The notes: a model not told the origin generated them from the sequence alone. A stretch of DNA of 64,000 nucleotides from Sulfurospirillum sp. (GCA_045047115.1 JASFYR010000005.1:45660-109659); one strand, 5' to 3'. Positions 19,278 to 30,499 are shown, numbered from the stretch's first letter. Numbers and translations are program-made.

Positions 19278-19934
19278 CTATGACCTCTTTATGGCAAATT
19301 TTTGAGCTCTTATAGTGATGTCAGTTGTAACAAATGGTGAGTTTATGATCTCTAGCACATTTTTGGCTATATCTTTAGGGTCTATGTAGCTCTGTTTATC
19401 ATCTGTGGGCTCAAACTGTAAGTCATCAAAAAAATCAGTTTTAGTGATGTCTGGATTTATGCTTGTTACTCTCACGCCTGATTTTCTCAACTCTTCAAAC
19501 AAGCAGAGTGAAAAGTCTCTAAGTCCACTTTTTGTTGCGGTATAAAGAGCTGAAAATTTTGAGTGTTTTGTAGCTTCAATCGAGGAGATGTTTATGATGT
19601 GACCTTTTGTCTTTTTTAGGTTTCTTAGGCAGAGATTGCAAAGCAAAATAGGAGCTCTTAGATTTACATCTATCAACTCTTCAATTTTTGAAAGTGAGAT
19701 CTCTTCATGGGGTTGAAATATTCCTACTCCCGCACAGTTTATAAGCAGGTCTATATCTGTTGATTTTAAGAGTTTTTTTATCTCTGTATGTAGAATTTTT
19801 GTGTCTCTTAAATCACATACTATTTCAGAGTCTCTCCTGCCTATGCCAAAAACCCTATATCCGTTTTTTTCAAGCTCCTCTTCTATGGCTTTGCCTATCC
19901 CGCTACTGATTCCACTCATAAGGGCAGTTTTCAT
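19278..19934 (-). CDS. Short-chain dehydrogenase/reductase
   Basis: SGISSGIG, INCAGVG, YTATK (YxxxK). Start placed at ATG 19934, overlapping the radical SAM stop. Confidence 0.9.
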   Translation of the reverse strand: MKTALMSGISSGIGKAIEEELEKNGYRVFGIGRRDSEIVCDLRDTKILHTEIKKLLKSTDIDLLINCAGVGIFQPHEEISLSKIEELIDVNLRAPILLCNLCLRNLKKTKGHIINISSIEATKHSKFSALYTATKSGLRDFSLCLFEELRKSGVRVTSINPDITKTDFFDDLQFEPTDDKQSYIDPKDIAKNVLEIINSPFVTTDITIRAQKFAIKRS

Positions 19935-21175
19935 TTTGATTTTCCGTCTATACAATTTTTATATGAGTTTATCATATCTTTTTCCATCTCTTCGTTTGAG
20001 CTATATTCGTATCCAAATACATCTTTCCACAAACTATAGTCTTCCATGCATAGATAGAAATAAACATCCTTATGCCAAGGTTTAAATGCATCATATACCC
20101 CTTTAAACATCTCTTTTTTTATTTCCATGGGATATGAGAATTTACCGCTTGCATCTATGAGAGGCATCTGTAAAATCTTGCTTTTGAAGCTCCTTTGTCT
20201 TAGTTTTTTTATGACAGGTTTTATAAATGTTAAAGTTCCCATTGAGATGAGTACTACTTCGCTGGGTTTGAACATTTTTATGAGTCTTTGCACTATGCCT
20301 CTATACTCGCTCAAATAGTTCTCATAAACAACTATCGGATGGAAATGAAATCCCACAAGCACACCTTTATCGCTTAAAGCTCTAGCACTTTCTATTCTCT
20401 CATTGAGCGAGGCGCTAAGATGCTCTTCGTTTTCTATGATAGTAGTTGGATTTAGCGACCATGTGCAGAGTATATTTTTAGGCACATCGTTTTCCAAAAG
20501 ATATTTTATGTTTTTTGATTTGCTTTTTAGCTCCAAAATCACATTGGGATTTTTGCTTGCAAACTCAAAAAGCGCCTCCATAATTCCCCCTTTGTTTCCC
20601 CAAAGAAGAGAGTCCGAACTCTGCCCGGTGCCTATATGATAGTTTTTGTTTGGGTCAAGTTTTAGGTTTTTGAGTTTTTCTGCAAAATTTTTATCAAAAG
20701 CGATTTTGTTTTCATTGTAAAATGACTGAATAGAGCAGTAGGAGCAGTCAAATCCGCAACTCTCCACCGCGTCTAGTGTTAAAAGATTGCAACATCTGGT
20801 TTTTGGTGATGCCACAGGGCACTTTCCAAGGCCTAGCTCCTCCTTGCTGTTTTGTATAAAACTAATCTTTCTTGAGTAATTATAAGAGGTGGAGTTAGAA
20901 AACTCTTTATAGCTTTTTGGTCTGCTTTTTAGCTCTTCCCAGATACTCTTAATATGCCCAAATGTCTTTTTGTGGTTCTCTTTGTCCTGCCATACTTCAT
21001 ATACTCTTTTCTCATCCCACATCTCAAAGTCGATGCTTATGTCTATCAACTGTTTTAACTCCTGAAAAGAGAAGCCGTATTTCAAAGCTTTTTGCTCTAT
21101 AAATTCTTTGGTTTTTGAATCTAGTTGCAAAAAGTATGTGTTTTTTATATTTTTTTTAAACTTTTCTTTAAACAT
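19931..21175 (-). CDS. Spore photoproduct lyase (SplB)-like radical SAM protein
   Basis: CGFDCSYC (CxxxCxxC); LELKSKS; WSLNP; ASLNERI; GFHFHPIV; YLCME. Confidence 0.88.
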   Translation of the reverse strand: MFKEKFKKNIKNTYFLQLDSKTKEFIEQKALKYGFSFQELKQLIDISIDFEMWDEKRVYEVWQDKENHKKTFGHIKSIWEELKSRPKSYKEFSNSTSYNYSRKISFIQNSKEELGLGKCPVASPKTRCCNLLTLDAVESCGFDCSYCSIQSFYNENKIAFDKNFAEKLKNLKLDPNKNYHIGTGQSSDSLLWGNKGGIMEALFEFASKNPNVILELKSKSKNIKYLLENDVPKNILCTWSLNPTTIIENEEHLSASLNERIESARALSDKGVLVGFHFHPIVVYENYLSEYRGIVQRLIKMFKPSEVVLISMGTLTFIKPVIKKLRQRSFKSKILQMPLIDASGKFSYPMEIKKEMFKGVYDAFKPWHKDVYFYLCMEDYSLWKDVFGYEYSSNEEMEKDMINSYKNCIDGKSK

Positions 21176-21689
21176 ATCTTTCCCATTTTTTTATACTCTG
21201 CTTTATCAACTCTTCAACAAACTCTTTTTTGGGGATAGTTGTATCCAAGTAGTCTGAAACCACCTTAAAAACAAATATGGAGCCTGAATGTAACTCTTTG
21301 TTGCAAATTTGAAGAAAACTTTTTGCTTCCATGTCTACCAATGTCGTGTTTAGTTTGGCCTGGTCGTTTAGCGGTTTTAAGACAGATGTGATATCGGCAA
21401 AATTTATATCTCTTAATTTTTGATTTACACAAAAAACGGAGCCTATTTTTATATCTGTATTTTTACATCCCGCTATGCCTATATTTATAGCTTTTCGCAC
21501 CTTGAATCTCTCAAAAACAGCTTCTACATGTATAACATTTTTCGCACCCATTCCGCTGACTATAAGCATGATGGTATCTTTTGTGTAGATTCTATATGGT
21601 TTCTTTTGCAAACACCGCATTTTAAAATGCTCAATTATAGCTTTAGCTTCAGCAAAAAGTGCAGTGTGTATCAAAGTGTAACTAGACAT
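21168..21689 (-). CDS. Nucleoside phosphorylase/nucleosidase (PNP_UDP_1)-like protein
   Basis: TALFAEAK, SGMG, INIGIAG, VDMEA, KVVSD. Confidence 0.8.
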   Translation of the reverse strand: MSSYTLIHTALFAEAKAIIEHFKMRCLQKKPYRIYTKDTIMLIVSGMGAKNVIHVEAVFERFKVRKAINIGIAGCKNTDIKIGSVFCVNQKLRDINFADITSVLKPLNDQAKLNTTLVDMEAKSFLQICNKELHSGSIFVFKVVSDYLDTTIPKKEFVEELIKQSIKKWERYV

Positions 21690-21735
21690 AAAAAATTATA
21701 TCTTTATTTAGTTAAATTATTGCTATAAGATTTCT

Positions 21736-22545
21736 CTAATTGTTGACTTTTTGTACATTTTTTGGTTTTTTATTATAAAATAAAACCATCAACAACAAAG
21801 AGCCGATATAAACCGATACTTCAATCAAGGAGGGATTGGCATTGTAGCCAAACAGAGATTTCATAAAACTTCCAAAAGTACCGTTTTCGCTTATTAGATA
21901 GTTAATGCTCCAAACATGCTCAACAAAAACGGGGATGATGCCGACCTCTTGAAATTCGTGAACTCCACGGGCAAACAGTCCTGTTGCAAAGAGAATCAAA
22001 AGTACACTGCTTATATTGAAAAAATATCTTAGGTTTATGCCTTTTAATCCAATATATACAGTGCATCCTGCAAGCAACCCTACTGCTAAACCAAGTATTG
22101 CAAAAAGCATAGAAACAGTACTCTGCTCAGAGGCGATTGCATTTAGAAAAAATGTAGTTTCGACTCCTTCTCGTAAAATTGAGATGAAAACTAAAAATGC
22201 AAGGCCGAAGCCATTGTTTTTTTTCAGTGCGAAATCTACTTTGTTTTTGATTAGTGTTGATGTTTCTCTTTTGTCCGCCATCCAAGCAATCAAATATACA
22301 ATCAAAATTGCACCCAATATCATAGTGATACCTTCAAAAATCTGCTCATACAGACCATCAAAGTTGCCAACCAACAGGTGAAAACCAAGCGCACCCAACA
22401 GGCTTCCTGCTATACCAAAAATTATACCAATATAGACAAATCCTTTTAACGCGCTTTTCCCCGTTTTTTTCAAATAGCTAAATATAATGCCAACAATCAA
22501 AGCAGCCTCTAGAGACTCTCTTAGTGTTATAATAAACTCTTCCAT
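21736..22545 (-). CDS. FTR1 family high-affinity iron permease
   Basis: Two RExxE motifs (LRESLEA, LREGVET); about 7 TM helices. Confidence 0.92.
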   Translation of the reverse strand: MEEFIITLRESLEAALIVGIIFSYLKKTGKSALKGFVYIGIIFGIAGSLLGALGFHLLVGNFDGLYEQIFEGITMILGAILIVYLIAWMADKRETSTLIKNKVDFALKKNNGFGLAFLVFISILREGVETTFFLNAIASEQSTVSMLFAILGLAVGLLAGCTVYIGLKGINLRYFFNISSVLLILFATGLFARGVHEFQEVGIIPVFVEHVWSINYLISENGTFGSFMKSLFGYNANPSLIEVSVYIGSLLLMVLFYNKKPKNVQKVNN

Positions 22546-22561
22546 TTCTTAATCCTTATAT

Positions 22562-22576
22562 TGATAATCAATATCA
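22562..22576. promoter_or_regulatory. Fur box upstream of the FTR1 permease
   Basis: TGATAAT-C-AATATCA, one mismatch from the 7-1-7 Fur consensus TGATAAT-N-ATTATCA. Confidence 0.75.
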
Positions 22577-22717
22577 TAATATAAGGATGCTTAATCTTTA
22601 CTGACGAAATAAATTAGCTTTTTTTAGTTCAATATTCCTATATCGCAACAAGTCTATTGCCAGTATGATATAGAGTTGTTTATCTATTTGGTCAGTGGAG
22701 TAATAACAGCAAAATTT

Positions 22718-22726
22718 TGGTAAAAT
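22718..22726 (+). promoter_or_regulatory. Extended -10 promoter for the AMMECR1/MEMO pair
   Basis: TGGTAAAAT followed by SD AAGGAGG. Confidence 0.55.
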
Positions 22727-22755
22727 AGTAAAAACTGATAGCAAAGGAGGATTTG

Positions 22756-23307
22756 ATGAAAGAGGTACTTCTCGTATTGGCTAGAGCTGCTATAGGTGAA
22801 GCTATTGGAGTCAGACAAGATGTCAGCTTGCAAAATATGTTAGAGAAAAATCCTTGGCTTGAAGAGGAGGGTGCAGTATTTGTAACACTCGCGATAGATG
22901 GTAATCTAAGAGGTTGTATCGGTTCACTTGCTGCACATAGAAAATTATATGAAGATGTAATCTACAATGCAAGAAGTGCTACACTAAATGACCCTCGTTT
23001 CAAACCTTTGAGTAAAGAAGAGTTTGAGCTTATAAGCATAGAAGTATCGATACTCTCAAAGCCTGAACCTTTGATATATGACAGTGTCGATGCCCTAAAA
23101 GCAAGGCTCAGAGTGGGCATAGATGGCGTGGTTTTAAAATCTGGCTCCAATCAGGCGACTTTTTTACCTCAAGTCTGGGAGCAGTTGCCGACATTTGAGC
23201 TCTTTTTTGCCCATCTTTGTCAAAAAGCAGGCTTGGAAGGTGATTGTTTGAAGCATCATCCTGATATATTAACATATCAGGTTCAAGAATACAGTGAGGT
23301 AAAATAA
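22756..23307 (+). CDS. amrA: AMMECR1 domain protein (AmmeMemoRadiSam system protein A)
   Basis: AVFVTL, LRGCIG, DPRFKP, IEVSILS, ATFLPQVW, LCQKAG. Confidence 0.92.
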   Translation: MKEVLLVLARAAIGEAIGVRQDVSLQNMLEKNPWLEEEGAVFVTLAIDGNLRGCIGSLAAHRKLYEDVIYNARSATLNDPRFKPLSKEEFELISIEVSILSKPEPLIYDSVDALKARLRVGIDGVVLKSGSNQATFLPQVWEQLPTFELFFAHLCQKAGLEGDCLKHHPDILTYQVQEYSEVK

Positions 23308-23308
23308 G

Positions 23309-24106
23309 ATGAGAAAAGCAAGTGTAGCGGGAGCTTTTTATCCAAATTCATGTGATGAGATAAAGAAGTATTTTGAGCTCTTTAGTAAAACTTTGGATGA
23401 GCAGATAGAGGAAAATGACAAACTCTATACGCTAAAGCCAAGAGCCATAATATCTCCGCATGCAGGGTATATCTATAGTGGATTTACAGCAAATATCGCT
23501 TACAGAATTCTTAAGAATTCAAATCCAAAAAGAGTCATAGTCATAGGCCCTAGTCACAGAGTCTATCTAAATGGCATCAGTGTAACAAATGAGGATTCCT
23601 ATGAGAGCCCTTGCGGTAAACTGGATATAGATTTGGATTACCTGGAGGATTTGACCAAAAAATTTGATTTGCAAAACATAAAAGAGGCATATGAGCAAGA
23701 ACACAGCACAGAAGTTCAAATGCCTTTTATAAAATACTATATACCAAACGCAAAAATAATAGAGTTGATTTATGGCGATATAGAGTATTCAACTTTAGCA
23801 TCACTTATGGAGTATGTGCTCAAGGATGAGGAAAATGTTGCGGTAATCAGTACTGATTTGAGTCATTTTTATGATCTTAAAAAAGCAAATATGCTTGATA
23901 ATATCTGCCTTAAGGCCATAGCAAATCTTGATATCAATGAGTTTGAACAAGGATGTGAAGCTTGCGGTGCCACTGGAGTAAAAGCCATATTAAAGTGTGC
24001 CAAAAAGATGAAACTAAAATCACTACTTCTGGACTATCGCACAAGTGCTGATGCTAGTAAAGATGAGAGTAGAGTGGTGGGATATATGAGTGGGTTGTTC
24101 TATTAA
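23309..24106 (+). CDS. amrB: MEMO1 family protein (AmmeMemoRadiSam system protein B)
   Basis: RKASVAGAFYP, PHAGYIYSG, GPSH, EHSTEVQMPF, STDLSHF, VVGY. Confidence 0.92.
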   Translation: MRKASVAGAFYPNSCDEIKKYFELFSKTLDEQIEENDKLYTLKPRAIISPHAGYIYSGFTANIAYRILKNSNPKRVIVIGPSHRVYLNGISVTNEDSYESPCGKLDIDLDYLEDLTKKFDLQNIKEAYEQEHSTEVQMPFIKYYIPNAKIIELIYGDIEYSTLASLMEYVLKDEENVAVISTDLSHFYDLKKANMLDNICLKAIANLDINEFEQGCEACGATGVKAILKCAKKMKLKSLLLDYRTSADASKDESRVVGYMSGLFY

Positions 24107-24213
24107 TTTTACTTTAATCTTAGCTTAAAGTAAAATTCGCTAAAATCTCACCCTTAATTGAAAAAACTGTAGATAGCAGTTTAGATTATAAATTCTCAGC
24201 AAAGGACATACTT

Positions 24214-24522
24214 ATGTATGCAATTATCAAAAATGGTGGGAAGCAGTATAAAGTTCAAGAGGGAGATTTTTTAAATCTTGACAGACTTGACGCTTCGCCA
24301 AAAGAGAAGATAGAGGTTACAGAAGTTCTTGCAGTAAATGCAGGTGAACTGAAAGTTGGAGCTCCATTTGTAGATGGTGCAAAAGTAGAATTGGAAGTTG
24401 TAGCTAACGGCAAAGAGAAGAAAGTTATTATTTTCAAAAAGAGAAGAAGAAAAGATTCTAAACTAAAAAGAGGCTTTAGAAGACAATACACAAAAGTGAA
24501 AGTTTTAAGCATTACTGCTTAA
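24214..24522 (+). CDS. rplU: 50S ribosomal protein L21
   Basis: [14 protein letters not shown]...KRGFRRQYT. Confidence 0.98.
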   Translation: MYAIIKNGGKQYKVQEGDFLNLDRLDASPKEKIEVTEVLAVNAGELKVGAPFVDGAKVELEVVANGKEKKVIIFKKRRRKDSKLKRGFRRQYTKVKVLSITA

Positions 24523-24546
24523 AACGCCCGCAATAGGAGTTAAAAT

Positions 24547-24801
24547 ATGGCACATAAAAAAGGTCAGGGTAGTACCCAAAATAACAGAGATTCGGCAGGT
24601 AGAAGACTAGGCGTAAAGAAATTTGGTGGTGAATTTGTAAGAGCCGGGAACATAATAATTCGCCAAAGAGGAACAAAAACACATCCGGGTGACAATGTAG
24701 GCATGGGAAATGACCATACTATATATGCTTTGGTTGACGGGCATGTGGAGTTTGGCAGATATGACAAACTAAGAAAAAAAGTTTCAGTAGTTCCCGCATA
24801 A
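24547..24801 (+). CDS. rpmA: 50S ribosomal protein L27
   Basis: [24 protein letters not shown]. Confidence 0.98.
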   Translation: MAHKKGQGSTQNNRDSAGRRLGVKKFGGEFVRAGNIIIRQRGTKTHPGDNVGMGNDHTIYALVDGHVEFGRYDKLRKKVSVVPA

Positions 24802-24806
24802 ATATT

Positions 24807-24830
24807 TTAGGCAGAGTTAGTTCTGCCTAA
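24807..24830 (+). terminator. Intrinsic terminator after rpmA
   Basis: TTAGGCAGA-GTTAGT-TCTGCCTAA followed by CTCTTT. Confidence 0.65.
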
Positions 24831-24915
24831 CTCTTTCAGAAATCAGCACTTTAAGCACTATTTATCCAATTTTATTCTAAAATACAGATTACTTACAATA
24901 TTTAAAGGTTTTTAT

Positions 24916-26771
<1,856 letters not shown>

Positions 26772-27686
26772 ATGCGTATAGTATTTATGGGGACACCCGA
26801 TTATGCTACCCAAATCTTAAAAGGGTTGGTGAACTCTGATATAGAGGTCTCGCTTTTGGTTACTCAACCGGATAAGCCTGTGGGTAGAAAACAGATTTTG
26901 ACACCTCCGCATGTGAAAGCCTGGGTAAAAAAAGAAGATATATGTCTAGACATTTATCAGCCTAAATCTTTAAGAAATGATGAAGCAAAAGAGAGGATAA
27001 GTGCACATAAGCCTGATTTTATAGTTGTGGCGGCTTATGGACAGATACTTCCAGTAGAGATATTAAATATCGCTCCTTGTATAAATCTTCACGCTTCGCT
27101 TTTGCCAAAGTACAGAGGTGCGAGCCCTATCCAATCCTCAATATTAAATGGTGATAAATTTACCGGTGTGACAGCGATGCTTATGGAAGAGGGTTTGGAC
27201 AGTGGAGATATCCTGGCATTTAAATATGTGCAGATGTTTGATTGTAGAGTTGATGAGCTTTTTGACGAACTCTCAATTGCGGCTTCAAAGCTTACGCTTC
27301 TTGTACTCAATAATTTTGAATCCATAGAGCCGATAAAGCAGATTGGTGCAGATGCAACGCATTGTGTTAAAATCAAAAAAAACAACGGACTTTTTAGTTT
27401 TAAGCAGAGTGCAAAAGAGATATATACCAAGTTTAAGGCATATACCCCTTGGCCGGGACTCTTTTTGGAGAATGGTTTGAAAATCAAAAAAATAGAACTC
27501 TTGGATGAAACAAAGCAATTTGAAAAAAGTGCTGTGATTTTGGAGATTTCAAAAGATTATATTGTCATCGCCTGCCAAATTGGATCACTGAAAATTTTAA
27601 AAGTACAAGCACCCTCAAAGAAAGAGATAAGCGCAGTAGAATATGTAAGGGGAAAGAGGATGGAAGTTGGAAGTAGTCTGGTTTAA
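26772..27686 (+). CDS. fmt: Methionyl-tRNA formyltransferase
   Basis: MRIVFMGTP, TQPDKPVGR, INLHASLLPKYRGASPI. Confidence 0.97.
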   Translation: MRIVFMGTPDYATQILKGLVNSDIEVSLLVTQPDKPVGRKQILTPPHVKAWVKKEDICLDIYQPKSLRNDEAKERISAHKPDFIVVAAYGQILPVEILNIAPCINLHASLLPKYRGASPIQSSILNGDKFTGVTAMLMEEGLDSGDILAFKYVQMFDCRVDELFDELSIAASKLTLLVLNNFESIEPIKQIGADATHCVKIKKNNGLFSFKQSAKEIYTKFKAYTPWPGLFLENGLKIKKIELLDETKQFEKSAVILEISKDYIVIACQIGSLKILKVQAPSKKEISAVEYVRGKRMEVGSSLV

Positions 27687-28302
27687 GGAGCTATATTCTA
27701 CCCATAAATATCTGATTAAAGAGATAAAAGAGGGTAATATTTCCAAACCTACTTTAATTGCAGCTGATTTTCAAAGTGATGGAGTTGGAAGTAGAGGAAA
27801 CTCTTGGGAGGGAAAATTTGGCAATCTTTTTTTCTCATTTTGTGTAAAAGAGAAACACTTACCAAAAGATTTACAATTAGCATCAATTTCTATATATTTT
27901 TCCTATCTTTTAAAAGAGGTTTTATGCCTTAAAGGCTCTAAAATATGGATGAAATGGCCAAATGATTTTTATCTGGAAAACAGAAAAATAGGTGGCACGA
28001 TTACAACAAAAACAGGAGAGTATGTCATAGGTTCAATTGGCTTAAATATCGTCGAAGCACCCGAAGAATTCGGTATTTTGGATATACATGTAGAGCCTAA
28101 AAAAATAGTAAAAGACTTTTTGAAGATACTTGAGGAAAATATTTCATGGAAGCAAGTTTTTAGTAAATATAAGATAGAATTTCAAAAAAGCAGAGATTTC
28201 TTTTTTCATATGGGTAGTGAAAAAAAATCATTAAGTGATGCCAAATTGTGCGAAGACGGCTCTATAGAGCTAAATAAAAGAAGGGTGTATAGTCTAAGAT
28301 GA
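27667..28302 (+). CDS. birA: Biotin--[acetyl-CoA carboxylase] ligase
   Basis: QSDGVGSRGNSW, KWPND, KIGG. Confidence 0.92.
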   Translation: MEVVWFKELYSTHKYLIKEIKEGNISKPTLIAADFQSDGVGSRGNSWEGKFGNLFFSFCVKEKHLPKDLQLASISIYFSYLLKEVLCLKGSKIWMKWPNDFYLENRKIGGTITTKTGEYVIGSIGLNIVEAPEEFGILDIHVEPKKIVKDFLKILEENISWKQVFSKYKIEFQKSRDFFFHMGSEKKSLSDAKLCEDGSIELNKRRVYSLR

Positions 28303-29084
28303 GTGAAATAATAGCCATTGCAAATCAAAAAGGCGGAGTCGGCAAAACCACTACCGCGGTAAATCTGGCAGCTTCATTGGCTGTTGCAGAAAAAAGAGTG
28401 CTTCTTATAGATATCGATCCTCAATCAAATGCTACAACTGGTTTGGGTTTTCATAGAAGTGATTATGAGTACAACATATACCATGTTCTAATAGGAAGAA
28501 AGAAACTCTCTCAGGTTATTTTGGAGACATCTTTGCCTACACTTCACATTGCCCCCTCAAACATAGGCTTGGTTGGCGTTGAAAAAGAATTTTATGATGC
28601 AAAAACAAAAGGACGAGAGCTCATCTTGAAAAACAAGATTTCAGAAATAGAAGATCAATACGACTATATCATCATAGACTCTCCGCCTGCTCTTGGAAGC
28701 ATTACTATAAATGCTCTAAGCGCTGCAAACTCTGTGATTATACCCATACAGTGCGAATTTTTTGCATTAGAGGGTTTGGCACAACTTCTAAATACTGTAA
28801 AACTCATCAAAAAAACTATAAATCCAAAACTTGATATAAAAGGTTTTTTGCCGACTATGTACAGCACTCAGAACAATCTTTCAAAGCAGGTCTTTGCAGA
28901 TCTCAAACAGCATTTTAAAAACAAACTTTTTAGAGATGAAAAGTCATCATCGTATGTTGTAATTCCTCGAAACATAAAACTGGCAGAATCTCCAAGCTTT
29001 GGTAAACCGATAATTTTATATGATATAAAATCAGCCGGCTCCTTGGCATATCAAAATTTAGCAAACTCTATACTGGCCAGTTAA
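28299..29084 (+). CDS. parA: Chromosome partitioning ATPase ParA/Soj
   Basis: NQKGGVGKTT, DIDPQSNAT, DSPP, LAESPSFGKP. Confidence 0.96.
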   Translation: MSEIIAIANQKGGVGKTTTAVNLAASLAVAEKRVLLIDIDPQSNATTGLGFHRSDYEYNIYHVLIGRKKLSQVILETSLPTLHIAPSNIGLVGVEKEFYDAKTKGRELILKNKISEIEDQYDYIIIDSPPALGSITINALSAANSVIIPIQCEFFALEGLAQLLNTVKLIKKTINPKLDIKGFLPTMYSTQNNLSKQVFADLKQHFKNKLFRDEKSSSYVVIPRNIKLAESPSFGKPIILYDIKSAGSLAYQNLANSILAS

Positions 29085-29085
29085 A

Positions 29086-29940
29086 ATGTGTGCCAAAAAA
29101 GCTTTAGGCAGGGGACTTAGTGCCATAATTGATGATGTTGAAGAGGCTTACAGGCAAGATATCGATGATTCCAGCGATTTGGTAAGAGAGATAGATGTAG
29201 ATATCATTTCACCCAACCCATATCAGCCAAGGACTTATTTTAATGAAGAAGCACTCGGTGAGTTAAGTGAGTCTATCAAGAAGCACGGGTTGCTTCAGCC
29301 GATTATTGTTATAAAAAAAGATGATAAATTTGTTTTGCTTGCAGGCGAGAGAAGACTTAGAGCAACAAAATTAGCCGGCCTTAAAACCATCAAAGTCATC
29401 ATAGCAGATATTGAATCAAAAAATCTTCGTGAACTGGCTCTTATAGAAAACATCCAAAGAGAAGATTTGAATCCGATAGAGTTAGCTATCTCCTACAAAG
29501 AACTTATAGAAGAGTACAGCATCACACAAGAGGGGCTCTCTGGTATTATACACAAAAGCAGAACCCAGATAACAAATACGATTAGATTATTATCATTAAG
29601 CAATAAGACAAAAAAATTACTTGCAAACGGAAGACTCTCTCAAGGACATGCGAAGATAATAGTAGGATTGTCGCAGAGTGATGAAGAGAGCATAGTAAAT
29701 ACAATATTGGGTCAAAAATTAAGTGTAAGAGATACCGAAATTCTGGTAAAAAAAATAAAGTCAAACAGTAAAGATTTCGATAAACAAAAAAAAGAGACCG
29801 AACCATCCGTAGAGGGCTTAAAAAGTCTGAAAATAAAGCTTCAAGAGATAGGATTTAAGAGTAAAATTGGAAAAAACAGTGTTACAATTGTGCTTGATAA
29901 CGAAGAGAAAATAGATAAATTTTTTAAAATATTGTTATGA
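29086..29940 (+). CDS. parB: Chromosome partitioning protein ParB/Spo0J
   Basis: LGRGL, PNPYQPR, AGERRLRA, ENIQREDLNPIE. Confidence 0.96.
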   Translation: MCAKKALGRGLSAIIDDVEEAYRQDIDDSSDLVREIDVDIISPNPYQPRTYFNEEALGELSESIKKHGLLQPIIVIKKDDKFVLLAGERRLRATKLAGLKTIKVIIADIESKNLRELALIENIQREDLNPIELAISYKELIEEYSITQEGLSGIIHKSRTQITNTIRLLSLSNKTKKLLANGRLSQGHAKIIVGLSQSDEESIVNTILGQKLSVRDTEILVKKIKSNSKDFDKQKKETEPSVEGLKSLKIKLQEIGFKSKIGKNSVTIVLDNEEKIDKFFKILL

Positions 29941-29974
29941 TTTCCTTAATTTAATAAAATAATATATATATTTA

Positions 29975-29983
29975 TGTTAAAAT
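29975..29983 (+). promoter_or_regulatory. Extended -10 promoter of the atp operon
   Basis: TGTTAAAAT in an AT-rich intergenic region. Confidence 0.55.
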
Positions 29984-30068
29984 CTACGCGTTTTTAATTA
30001 TCTGGCTGACATATGTACAAGCATGGTGTAGGTCAGTTGATAAAGATATTCTAAAAAGGAGCAAAAAT

Positions 30069-30491
30069 ATGTTGGATATTGTACCAGCACTTTTACTGGT
30101 AACCGGTGTCATTTTTCTGGTTTTGTTGATTCTTTTAAACAAAACACTCTATAAACCACTTTTGGCTTTTATGGACAATAGGAAAAAATCCATAAGAAGA
30201 GATTTGGACAGTGCCGGAAAAAATAGTGATGAGGTTGTATCTTTTAAAAAAGAGGCAGAAAAAATTATTTTAGAGGCGAAGACAGAAGCTAACAGAATAA
30301 AAGATTCTGCTTTAATGATGGCAAAAGATGAAGCTTTGAAAAAATTGGAAGTCAAAAAAAGTGAACTAGAGAGCAAATATTCTCAATTTTTAAGAGAATT
30401 AGAGGCTCAAAAAGTTGAATTTAAAAGTGCTTTGCAAGAACAGTTACCACAGTTTAGATATAGTGTAAAAGCAAAACTTGATAAGATTTAG
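30069..30491 (+). CDS. atpF': F0F1 ATP synthase subunit b'
   Basis: N-terminal TM, LYKPLLAFMDNR, coiled coil; first gene of the atp operon. Confidence 0.9.
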   Translation: MLDIVPALLLVTGVIFLVLLILLNKTLYKPLLAFMDNRKKSIRRDLDSAGKNSDEVVSFKKEAEKIILEAKTEANRIKDSALMMAKDEALKKLEVKKSELESKYSQFLRELEAQKVEFKSALQEQLPQFRYSVKAKLDKI

Positions 30492-30499
30492 GAGATAAA

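Noticed and set aside
22600..22715. Possible gene remnant or sRNA between FTR1 and amrA
   Set aside because: No start/SD-supported frame, stable structure or repeat could be identified.
24164..24182. L21-leader-like regulatory RNA upstream of rplU
   Set aside because: Only a 7-bp hairpin (AAACTGT-AGATA-GCAGTTT); not enough to call an RNA family.
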